Under the pieces are notes generated by a model that had not been told where the DNA came from, did not search any database, and was given only the letters and a program-made list of their open reading frames with translations. Position numbers and translations under genes: made by a program. From Candidatus Methanomethylophilaceae archaeon (GTDB lineage: Archaea > Thermoplasmatota > Thermoplasmata > Methanomassiliicoccales > Methanomethylophilaceae): DNA of 64,000 nucleotides. Of the stretch, positions 52,721-61,991 are shown piece after piece (the stretch's first letter is position 1; each line of letters opens with the position of its first letter). The stretch covers positions 416,001-480,000 of the forward strand of contig JBMNHS010000001.1 of NCBI GenBank assembly GCA_050950505.1, in the 5' to 3' direction.

Positions 52721-55351
52721 ATGTCCGAATATGCAGTACGTGTAAGAAATGTAAACAAATCCTTTACCACAAGAGCCGAAGATAACGATGGCGGGTTTCT
52801 TAAAAAAAGGAAAAAGATTACGAGACATGTAATCAAAAACATCAGTTTCGATATTAAAAAAGGTGAAGTTTTCGGTATAATAGGAAGAAACGGTTCAGGT
52901 AAAAGCACTACGTTGAATATGATTTCCAGGATAATGAAGCCCGATTCCGGTACCATAGAAATCAATGGAAAGGTTGCCAGTATTTTGGAACTGGGTATGG
53001 GGTTTCATAACGATTTGAGCGGAAGGGAAAATATCTACATCAAAGGAACCATGTACGGTTTCGCAAAAAATCAACTTGACGAACGGATTGAAGATATAAT
53101 CGATTATGCGGACATAGGAGAATATATCAATCTTCCCATGAGGGTATATTCTTCGGGAATGCGCAGTCGTCTGGCATTTGCAATTATGATTAACGTCGAT
53201 GCGGATATTGTGATTTTGGACGAAGTGCTTGCAACCGGAGATCTGGCGTTCAGAAAAAAATCCAGTACACATTTCATGAACATGAAAAATAAAGGTAAGA
53301 CCATAATTTTGGTCGCACACTCAATGTCAACGATGAGGGAGATGTGCGATAGGGTCGCCTGGTTGGAGAAAGGAGTCATCAGGGAAGTCGGTATTCCGAA
53401 TGTGGTTTGCGGTCATTATGAAACGGAATTGGCTGAATCTCTGGAGATAATAACGGATTTGGCGGAAGCCGGTGTTCCATATTCTCAGAACGTGTTAGGT
53501 TGCATGTACCGTGACGGAAACAAAGTCGAGAAAAATCTGGATCTGGCAATCTACTGGTTCAGAGAAGCGATAAAAAGAAGTAACGATCCTGCAAAAATAA
53601 ATTTGGCTGATTTGATCGTATCCGGAGAAGTATCTGATGATAGGGAAGATGCGTTGGATTTGTATATGAGCGCGGCCCAGAGAGGAAACAGAGACGCACG
53701 TACAAAACTATCGAGACTTCTGACTCAGAAAACGCAAGACATCAATAAAGAATTGATAGAGGGCTACAAAGAACTTTTACCCTCTGGCAATCCCCAGATT
53801 TATTACGAGTATGCTGAACTTTTAATGAAATCTGCTTGGAACAATGAAGATAGAAAAGAGGCTTTGAGGTGGTTTAAGAAAGCTTCGGAGTACGGCAACA
53901 TGCATGCTATGTACCAAGTTGCCATAATGTATCGTGATGGCACAGGACCCGAACAGAGCGATTCAAACTATCTGTCCTGGTTAAAAAAGGCGGCAGAACA
54001 TGGGCATGCGAATTCGCAATTCACTTTGGGTAATATGTACCGTGACGGAATCAAAGTGGAACATGACAATACTGAGGCGTTCTATTGGTTCAAGATGGCC
54101 GCTGACAACAATCACATTGATGCGATATTTCAAATCGCCATAATGTACCGTGAAGGAATTGGAGTGGAAAAAAATCTGGATGATTCAGATTACTGGCTCA
54201 AATTATATTCACAACACGGACTGTATCGTCAAATCAATACCCTTGCGGATTCGTTTTCGAATTGTAAAAATGAAGTGTATGACCCGGAGATGGGCATAAA
54301 ATGGTACAGGGTAAACGCGGAACACGGATACGCGGATTCGAATTATAGACTTGGGATGCTGTTGATTAATGGAAAAGATGAAGGCAGCAAATCTGATGCA
54401 ATATCTTCTTTTGTTTTTGCCGCGGAACGAAACCATTTGCTGTCTATTGCCCAATTGTTTAATCTCCATGCATTGGGTGAAGTTGATAACGTATGCAGAG
54501 ATGACTTGTTACGAAAATTAGAGGTGTTGGTTACTGGGGGAAACGTGTGGGCTGCAAACGATATAGGTATTATTTACGCAGGCGGCAAGACTGTCCAACC
54601 GGATATAGATAAAGCAATACATTATATCAAAATAATCGGTGAAGCGGGTAACGCCAACGCATTGCACAGATTAGGAATGATATACAGAGATGGCGTGTTG
54701 ATTAAACAAGATTTCGACGAAGCCGTTAAATGGTTTGAAAGAGGAGCACTCCTAGGTAACATCCATTCTGCAATGTCTTTAGTTGAACTTTATGCAATAG
54801 GCAATACAGAAGAAAATGTTTGCAAAAGAGCCATTGGGCATATCGAAAATATGTGTAAATCAGGGGATGTATTCGCCATGAAGACTTTAGGCAGATACTA
54901 TCTTGATGGCATTGCTGTAAAACAAAATTATCAAAAAGCGTTATATTGGTATGAAGTGGCTTCTAAACTAGGCGACCCTGGTGCCATATATGATTTAGGG
55001 ATGATTTATAAACACGGAAAAGGCGTGGATATGGATTTAAAGCGTGCATTAGAATTATTCATTTCATCTTCTGACCGTGGACACATCGCGTCTATAATCG
55101 CTATAATGGATATGTATAATCAGGATTCAATTGATAAAGAGTATTTTGATGTTGCATTGAGCCGCTTGGAAACATTGGCCACTGGAGGGAATATTACCGC
55201 GATGCGAAATATAGGGGACATATATTACGATGGCAGATACGGGATAAACGATTCAATGAAGGCTAAAGGGTGGTTCGAAAAAGCATCTTTATTGGGAGAT
55301 GCGCATTCTCGCAGAAAATTAGAGAATATAGAATCATTAAATAAGCCATAA
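52721..55351 (+). CDS. Wzt/TagH-like ABC ATPase fused to a long C-terminal Sel1-repeat array
   Basis: GRNGSGKST, YSSGM and ILDEV, followed by about 630 aa of LGxMYRDG..A..WF..AA repeats. Confidence 0.92.
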   Translation: MSEYAVRVRNVNKSFTTRAEDNDGGFLKKRKKITRHVIKNISFDIKKGEVFGIIGRNGSGKSTTLNMISRIMKPDSGTIEINGKVASILELGMGFHNDLSGRENIYIKGTMYGFAKNQLDERIEDIIDYADIGEYINLPMRVYSSGMRSRLAFAIMINVDADIVILDEVLATGDLAFRKKSSTHFMNMKNKGKTIILVAHSMSTMREMCDRVAWLEKGVIREVGIPNVVCGHYETELAESLEIITDLAEAGVPYSQNVLGCMYRDGNKVEKNLDLAIYWFREAIKRSNDPAKINLADLIVSGEVSDDREDALDLYMSAAQRGNRDARTKLSRLLTQKTQDINKELIEGYKELLPSGNPQIYYEYAELLMKSAWNNEDRKEALRWFKKASEYGNMHAMYQVAIMYRDGTGPEQSDSNYLSWLKKAAEHGHANSQFTLGNMYRDGIKVEHDNTEAFYWFKMAADNNHIDAIFQIAIMYREGIGVEKNLDDSDYWLKLYSQHGLYRQINTLADSFSNCKNEVYDPEMGIKWYRVNAEHGYADSNYRLGMLLINGKDEGSKSDAISSFVFAAERNHLLSIAQLFNLHALGEVDNVCRDDLLRKLEVLVTGGNVWAANDIGIIYAGGKTVQPDIDKAIHYIKIIGEAGNANALHRLGMIYRDGVLIKQDFDEAVKWFERGALLGNIHSAMSLVELYAIGNTEENVCKRAIGHIENMCKSGDVFAMKTLGRYYLDGIAVKQNYQKALYWYEVASKLGDPGAIYDLGMIYKHGKGVDMDLKRALELFISSSDRGHIASIIAIMDMYNQDSIDKEYFDVALSRLETLATGGNITAMRNIGDIYYDGRYGINDSMKAKGWFEKASLLGDAHSRRKLENIESLNKP

Positions 55352-55540
55352 TCAAAATGGACATGGGTTTGCAGGGGACAGAAACAAAAACCAAAATAAA
55401 CTACAGTATACATCAAATGATACACGCAAGAAATATTATACAGACTCACGCAATACTTTTAAGAAATATGTGGTGCAACCAAACGTCATCATCAAGGATA
55501 CAGGGTGATTACCATATGTTCGAAATATTTGGAGATTGTA

Positions 55541-56665
55541 ATGAAAGTCCCTGAACTGATGGAAATAATCGGAGAAGATCATTTCTATACCGGAGTTCCC
55601 GATTCGTTATTGAATAATTTTTGCAGATATGTGATGGATAAATACGGTATCGGTGAAAATCACGTTATTGGGGTAAACGAAGGAGCGTGTACCTCCCTTG
55701 CTGCGGGCAGATATCTGTCGACGGGAAAGATTCCTGTAATATATATGCAAAACAGCGGAATAGGCAATACAATCAATCCTACAGTTTCTCTTATTTCTAA
55801 AGAGGTTTACGGTATACCCTGTATCTACCTTGTCGGTTGGCGTGGTGAACCCGGAAATCACGATGAGCCTCAACACATGCTTCAGGGTAAAATCACACCG
55901 GCTTTGCTGGAGTCTTCAGGGTTGGAGACATTATACCTGACCAAAGATACAAAATATGACGATTTCAAGAGAGATTATGAAAAAATTTCGACATGTTTGA
56001 AAGACGGAAAATCTCTGGCCATAATAGTTTCCAAAGGAGCTTTGGAGTACGAGGGAAATTACAAACAATCAAATAATAACAAAATCACACGCGAAGATGC
56101 AATAAACACCCTACTGGACTGTTCCGGTAAAGGGCTCTTTATATCTACAACCGGAAAAACATCCAGAGAACTGTTCGAATTACGAAAAAAAAGAGGGGAG
56201 CCTCACGATTTTGATTTTCTTACTGTTGGATCCATGGGTTACAGTTCTTCGATTGCATTGGGTATAGCTACGGGAACAGACTGTGATGTCTGGTGTCTTG
56301 ACGGGGACGGTTCTATGTTGATGCATATGGGGGCTATGAGTATGATAGGATCGATGAAACCTCCTAATTATTTCCATGTTCTCTTCAATAATGAATCTCA
56401 CGAATCGGTTGGAGGATATCCGACACCAATAACATCAATCAATATGTGTAAGGTTGCGGAATCTTGCGGATATGCGTCAAACCATTCGGTATCAACGACT
56501 GAAGAGTTGAAATCTGTTCTAGTCGAGATCAAAAAATATCCCGGTCCTCATTTTGTTGAAGTGAAAGTGACAATCGGATCCAGAAATGATTTGGGCAGAC
56601 CAACAATTACCCCTATTGAAAACAAACAAATTTTTATGAACAAAATTAGAGGATTCAAACAATGA
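55541..56665 (+). CDS. aepY: Phosphonopyruvate decarboxylase
   Basis: GVPDSLL, NEG, YMQNSGIGN, GWRGEPG.HDEPQH, VGSMG, DGDGS (ThDP) and DLGRP. Confidence 0.95.
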   Translation: MKVPELMEIIGEDHFYTGVPDSLLNNFCRYVMDKYGIGENHVIGVNEGACTSLAAGRYLSTGKIPVIYMQNSGIGNTINPTVSLISKEVYGIPCIYLVGWRGEPGNHDEPQHMLQGKITPALLESSGLETLYLTKDTKYDDFKRDYEKISTCLKDGKSLAIIVSKGALEYEGNYKQSNNNKITREDAINTLLDCSGKGLFISTTGKTSRELFELRKKRGEPHDFDFLTVGSMGYSSSIALGIATGTDCDVWCLDGDGSMLMHMGAMSMIGSMKPPNYFHVLFNNESHESVGGYPTPITSINMCKVAESCGYASNHSVSTTEELKSVLVEIKKYPGPHFVEVKVTIGSRNDLGRPTITPIENKQIFMNKIRGFKQ

Positions 56666-58665
56666 AAGCACTAATCCTAAACTCCGGAAAAGGCACACGC
56701 ATGGGTAATTTAACAAAAGACGGTCCAAAATGTCTTGTTAAATTGTATGACAATACAACCATATTGGAGCGACAACTGTCTATTTTGGAAAAATACGGAA
56801 TATCCGATATAATTTTAACAACCGGACAATATGACAAGGAAATCCGTGAAGTTTGTTCGAACTACCCAAGTTTAAAATTTACATTCGTATTTAACGAACT
56901 TTACGATACCACAAACTACATATATTCAATTTATAAATCGAAGGATTGCCTGGATGACGATATATTGTTGTTACACGGGGATTTGATTTTTGAAGAATAT
57001 GTTATTTTAAGATTATTAAATTCAGAAAACAGTTGTGTGGCGGTAAACAGCCACCAGACAAATCCTAACAAAGATTTCAAAGCCGATGTATGTGACGGTC
57101 GCGTTTCAAAAATCAGTGTCGAGCCAAGATATGGAAGCGTATCTTCACAACCTGCATACAAATTGAATAAAACCGATATGGGTACATGGTTGGATAAAAT
57201 ATCGGAGTATTGCGAATCGGGAAACACGAGCTCCTACGCTGAAGAGGCATTGAACGATGTTTTAGACTCTATCGAAATGATGCCCATCAATTTGGAAAAT
57301 ATCGTTTGCATGGAGATTGATAACTTGGAAGATTTGTCCATGGCCAACGGCATGTTGATGAAACTTCCAGGGCGAAAAGTCTATCTTTCAATATCTTCGG
57401 ATGTAATCCATGACGGTCACATCAATATTATTCAATATGCGGCTTCGTTGGGAGAGCTGACTGTGGGGATAATGTCTGATGAGGCCATAGCCACTTACAA
57501 ACATTATCCCATTCTTCCATTCGAGAAAAAAAGGAAAATCATCTCCAATATCAAAGGTGTATCTCGAACCATAATGCAGGAGAAACTGAGTTATGAAGAA
57601 GTTATAACAAAATTAAAGCCCGATATCGTTGTGCACGGTGACGAATGGAGACACGGCGTATTGAGTCCCATAAGAATTGAAGTGATTGAGCTGTTGGATA
57701 AGTACGGCGGCCTTCTTATAGAACCCCCATACACCAAAGGTCAGGAGCACGGTATTCTTGAAAATAAAATCAAAGAAGAACTTTCGATACCTGAAAACAG
57801 ACGTGCCAGTCTCAAAAAATTGCTAAAATTGAAAAAATGCATCAGGGTAATGGAAGCGCATAACGGACTCACCGGACTCATCGTCGAGAAAACAAAGGTT
57901 GCACATAACGGAGAGATCAGACAGTTCGATGCAATGTGGATTTCATCACTGTGTGATTCTACCGCCAAAGGGAAACCCGACATAGAATTAGTGGATATGA
58001 CTTCGAGGATGGATACGATAAATGAGATATTGGAAGTAACAACCAAACCGATAATTTTAGACGGAGATACCGGCGGCATATTGGAACATTTCTTGTTCAA
58101 TGTGAAAACTCTTGAAAGAAGCGGAGTTTCCGCAATAATAATAGAGGATAAAATCGGATTAAAGAAAAACTCATTGTTTGGAACGGAAGTACCTCAGATG
58201 CAAGACGATCCGGATAATTTTGCAATGAAAATATCCGCGGGTAAAAAAGCTCAACTTTCAAAAGATTTTATGATTATTGCACGGATAGAGAGCTTAATCT
58301 TGGAAAAAGGGATGGATGACGCTCTTATGAGAGCTAAAAAATATGTCACTGCCGGCGCAGATGGAATAATGATACACAGTAAGAAGAAAGACCCTGCTGA
58401 AATATTCGAATTCATTGAGAGATTTAGAGGCCTCGATTCCATAACTCCTTTGGTTGTTGTTCCCACATCGTATAATCATGTCAAAGAGGATGAATTCAAA
58501 GAGAGGGGAGCGAACATCGTAATATATGCCAATCACCTCATAAGAGCAGCGTTTCCTGCCATGCAGAGTGTTGCGGAATCTATACTAAAAAATCAACGTT
58601 CTCTGGAAGTCGATGAAGATTGTTTGTCCATAAAAGAAATAATAACTCTGATTCCCGATGAGTGA
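56662..58665 (+). CDS. aepX: Phosphoenolpyruvate mutase fused to N-terminal LicC/PntC-like nucleotidyltransferase and HxGH cytidylyltransferase
   Basis: ILNSGKGTRM..PKCL; HDGH..HGDEW; EAHNGL, WISSL and the PepM-diagnostic EDKIGLKKNS. Confidence 0.96.
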   Translation: MKALILNSGKGTRMGNLTKDGPKCLVKLYDNTTILERQLSILEKYGISDIILTTGQYDKEIREVCSNYPSLKFTFVFNELYDTTNYIYSIYKSKDCLDDDILLLHGDLIFEEYVILRLLNSENSCVAVNSHQTNPNKDFKADVCDGRVSKISVEPRYGSVSSQPAYKLNKTDMGTWLDKISEYCESGNTSSYAEEALNDVLDSIEMMPINLENIVCMEIDNLEDLSMANGMLMKLPGRKVYLSISSDVIHDGHINIIQYAASLGELTVGIMSDEAIATYKHYPILPFEKKRKIISNIKGVSRTIMQEKLSYEEVITKLKPDIVVHGDEWRHGVLSPIRIEVIELLDKYGGLLIEPPYTKGQEHGILENKIKEELSIPENRRASLKKLLKLKKCIRVMEAHNGLTGLIVEKTKVAHNGEIRQFDAMWISSLCDSTAKGKPDIELVDMTSRMDTINEILEVTTKPIILDGDTGGILEHFLFNVKTLERSGVSAIIIEDKIGLKKNSLFGTEVPQMQDDPDNFAMKISAGKKAQLSKDFMIIARIESLILEKGMDDALMRAKKYVTAGADGIMIHSKKKDPAEIFEFIERFRGLDSITPLVVVPTSYNHVKEDEFKERGANIVIYANHLIRAAFPAMQSVAESILKNQRSLEVDEDCLSIKEIITLIPDE

Positions 58666-59729
58666 GTTCTGTGCAAAAAATCATCGAAACTTCCAATTAT
58701 TTTTCTGCGTTGAAAGACGAATTGTCCGGATGCAAGGCACCCCTGTTTGTATACACGGAATCGTTTAAAAAAAGGGATCAATTCAAGAAAATACAGAATA
58801 TATCTCATGAATCATTTTCTGATTTCTCGTACAATCCCGATTACGAGAGCATAGTCAATGGAGCTGAGGTGTTTAAAAAAAATAATTGTGACGGCCTGGT
58901 CTCCATAGGAGGGGGAAGCTCCATCGATGTTGCCAAAGGCATCAAACACATATTAAACAAAAAAGATCTGATGCATATTTCTATCCCTACGACTTCCGGA
59001 ACAGGCAGTGAATCGACACAGTTCGCTGTCGTTTACAAAAACGGCATAAAAACTTCTCTTGATTCTAAAGAATTATTGCCCGATATAGCAATTTTAGACG
59101 GTTCGTTAACTCGTACTTTGCCCGATTTTCAGAAACGTTGTACATTGTTGGATGCTTTATGTCAATGCATCGAATCCCATTGGTCTCTCGCTTCCACGTC
59201 TGAAAGTAGAATGTACAGCAGCATGGGACTAAAGTTTATTTTATCCAATTATAAACAATACTTAGAGAACAATCTCGACGTTTATCAAGATATAATGCTC
59301 GGATCCAATTTCAGCGGAAGAGCAATAAATATCACACGGACAACAGTTTCTCATGCTCTGAGTTACGTTATCACCAAAGATTACGGAGTGCCTCATGGAT
59401 GTGCTGTCGCATTGACAATTATTCCTTTTTGGACGTATTTATCATCCAATATAAGCAATACTACACATGCCGGTGGCGAATCCTTTATGATGGAACGCTT
59501 AACGGAATTAAGCAATGCATTCGGAGGGGAAACAATATCTGAAGGTATAGATTTTGCAGATAACACAATATCAGAAATTCTCCCTGTAACAGGCGTGCAA
59601 GATCTTGATATCGAAAATGTTCTGTCTCACGTTGACATCAATCGCTTAAAAAATTATCCAATGCATTTAGAAATAAACGATATAAAGAAAATATCGCTCG
59701 ACTTAATATCGCCCAGGAATCAAAAATGA
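58662..59729 (+). CDS. Phosphonoacetaldehyde reductase (iron-containing alcohol dehydrogenase)
   Basis: GGGSSIDVAK, IPTTSGTGSE, SHALSY..PHG; GTGA overlap with pepM. Confidence 0.88.
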   Translation: MSSVQKIIETSNYFSALKDELSGCKAPLFVYTESFKKRDQFKKIQNISHESFSDFSYNPDYESIVNGAEVFKKNNCDGLVSIGGGSSIDVAKGIKHILNKKDLMHISIPTTSGTGSESTQFAVVYKNGIKTSLDSKELLPDIAILDGSLTRTLPDFQKRCTLLDALCQCIESHWSLASTSESRMYSSMGLKFILSNYKQYLENNLDVYQDIMLGSNFSGRAINITRTTVSHALSYVITKDYGVPHGCAVALTIIPFWTYLSSNISNTTHAGGESFMMERLTELSNAFGGETISEGIDFADNTISEILPVTGVQDLDIENVLSHVDINRLKNYPMHLEINDIKKISLDLISPRNQK

Positions 59730-59744
59730 TATCCAGTAAATTCA

Positions 59745-61985
59745 AGTTCGACACTTACGAGTGAGCATAAGTGTCAAAGTTGGGATTGTTCTAACGCCGA
59801 AGGCGCTCAGATAGACTGCATTAGACGGTTTCTGATGTTTTACGTCTCTTCGACACCCTCGGCATAAAACCGAATAACGTGGATTCAAAAGTGGCGTGCA
59901 AAGACAGGCGGAAGTGAAGGCTTCCGCTGATTGCTGACCCTGTTCTTCCGCGTTCTTCGGCCGAGGCCGTGTGTTTTTTTGGACACGGATTATGTTTCCC
60001 GATACCGAGCGGTATCGTGTGTACCCGTATTCCCGCAATCCTTTCATCGTTTTTTTGTACACGGCGGTCCCATACGGAGATGCAGAAGGGCCGTTCCCGA
60101 TTTCCGCACACAGAAGGAACGCAAAATGAGGATAGACGAGGAAGTCCGTGTTTACGAAGGCGTCAGGGCCAACTCTGCCGTGGTCATGGCCTTCATGGAA
60201 GGCACCGGCCTGAGGAGACTAATCGACGAAAGATGCCGTTCGGACGGTATATGCAGGACGCTGAGCGTCGGCATGGCCGTTAAGGCGATGATAGGTGCGA
60301 TGTACAGAGGCTCCGGAAGGACTCCGTTGTATCTTATGGACAAGATATTCAGTCTCTGCCCGACGGACAAGCTGTTCGGAAACGGTATGAAACCTTCGTC
60401 TTTGAGCGACACATCGTTGGGAAGATGCCTTGACGTTCTGTCGAAAACGGATATGGAAAAGCTTCTTTGGGATTGTTCTGAGATGTTGTGCGAACGTTAC
60501 GGTCTGGATTCCCATCTGTTGTCGATGGATGCCACCAACTATGCGTTGTACGGTATGGGTATCGAAGACGTCACGGTTCCCGCCTCTGGCGGGAACTCAA
60601 AAACAAACCGTAACGATTTGATGCAGAAAAACATTCATGCCGTGACAAACGGCAACGGCGTGCTGAGAACGTCAAAACCGTACGGCGGGAACGTAGCGGA
60701 CATGACAATGAATAACGATATGATTGAGTTCCTTGTAAACAGGGTAGATCCGGAGAAAGTTGTGATATCCGCGGACTGTAAACTTGCCAACAATGTGACA
60801 ATCGACCGTCTCCTAGGACTGGGATGAGGGTTCGTCACCAAAGCACCGTCCAACTTCAACGGTCTTGTGAAGGATTCTGTTCTGTCTTCGGCGATTACCG
60901 GGGTGATGGATGCCTCTTCGAGGCATCCGGGAAGATACCTGTACGATACCGAATCGGAATACGGGAACGGGAAACTGAGGTTCGTGGCATACAGACTGCC
61001 CGGAAGCATAGAGGAATCTTCGGAATATCTCAGGAACGGAGGATTCGAGGCGGCAACGAAACGCATATCCAAATTCAAGAGTAAAAAGTTCTTCTGCGAA
61101 GACGATGCACGCAAAGCCTTCGGTGAGATGATGGACGGGTACTGCGGAGCCTACCGTACGGATGTGACATTCTCGGAAAATTCGAGGTTGATGAAGAAGG
61201 ATCCGGACGGTCCTCATTGGCGGGGACGCACCGGTACGGTTTCGATCGTTGAGGACAGAATCGCCGAAGCCGCAGAGAGGTTTTCGATACGGGTGCCGGT
61301 GACTAACCTTCCGTTTGCCGTTACGGACGGAGACAATCTTCGCAATGGTGCGACGGCCGACAAAGTAGTGGACGTGTATTTGGGACAGTATCACAGCGAG
61401 AAGAATTTTCGCATCATGAAGTCCGGTATGGGTGTGAACAACGTGTATTTACATCTTCACAGGAGACGAGACGCTATGGTTATCGTGGTATCGCTCGCAA
61501 CCATGCTGAGCAATGTTATGGACTCGGTGCTTCGGAAGATGACCGCAAACAAAGTCATTGACGATTTGGACAACGGAATCGTGGAATACGACCGCGACGG
61601 GGATGCGACGAGGTTCAGCGGACCTCCCGGTCTGAGATAAAACATCTTCGGTATTCTCAACGTATTAGGCGTGGAGAACAGGTTCCTTCTGGATTTCTGA
61701 ACGGGCCCGTGCGCAGCACGGCACAGCCTTGGCTATTGCGGGTATCACGTAATGTCAGCCACTTTGGAATTCACGGGATATTTCATCATTTTCCCGCCAA
61801 ACAGAAACCGCCGATGACCGCAAACTTAAAGGATTCGAAACCAATGAAGAACACGGCTTTTTGGCCGGTTTTTGTTTAGCGACTAATCATAGCCGAAAAG
61901 CCACTTTATTATTTCGCCAGTGATTCGGCCGTCTCAGGAAAATTACAACGGGTCAACACTTACACTCGTCCGTAAGTGTCAAACT
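59745..61985 (+). mobile_element. Decayed IS1634-like insertion sequence with terminal inverted repeats
   Basis: Left end AGTTCGACACTTACG versus reverse complement of right end AGTTTGACACTTACG; transposase remnant inside. Confidence 0.75.
60126..61700 (+). pseudogene. IS1634-family DDE transposase pseudogene
   Basis: LGRCLD, MDATN, GNVAD, ADCK, QYHSEKNFRIMK; one reading frame broken by TGA 60825-60827 and TAA 61638-61640. Confidence 0.8.
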
Positions 61986-61991
61986 CCCGTT

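Noticed and set aside
55357-55554. 65-aa ORF between wzt and ppd
   Set aside because: No motif or SD; probably promoter-containing intergenic DNA.
60825-60827. In-frame stop in the transposase as Pyl/Sec recoding
   Set aside because: It is TGA, not TAG, and a second TAA interrupts the same frame; decay is the simpler explanation.
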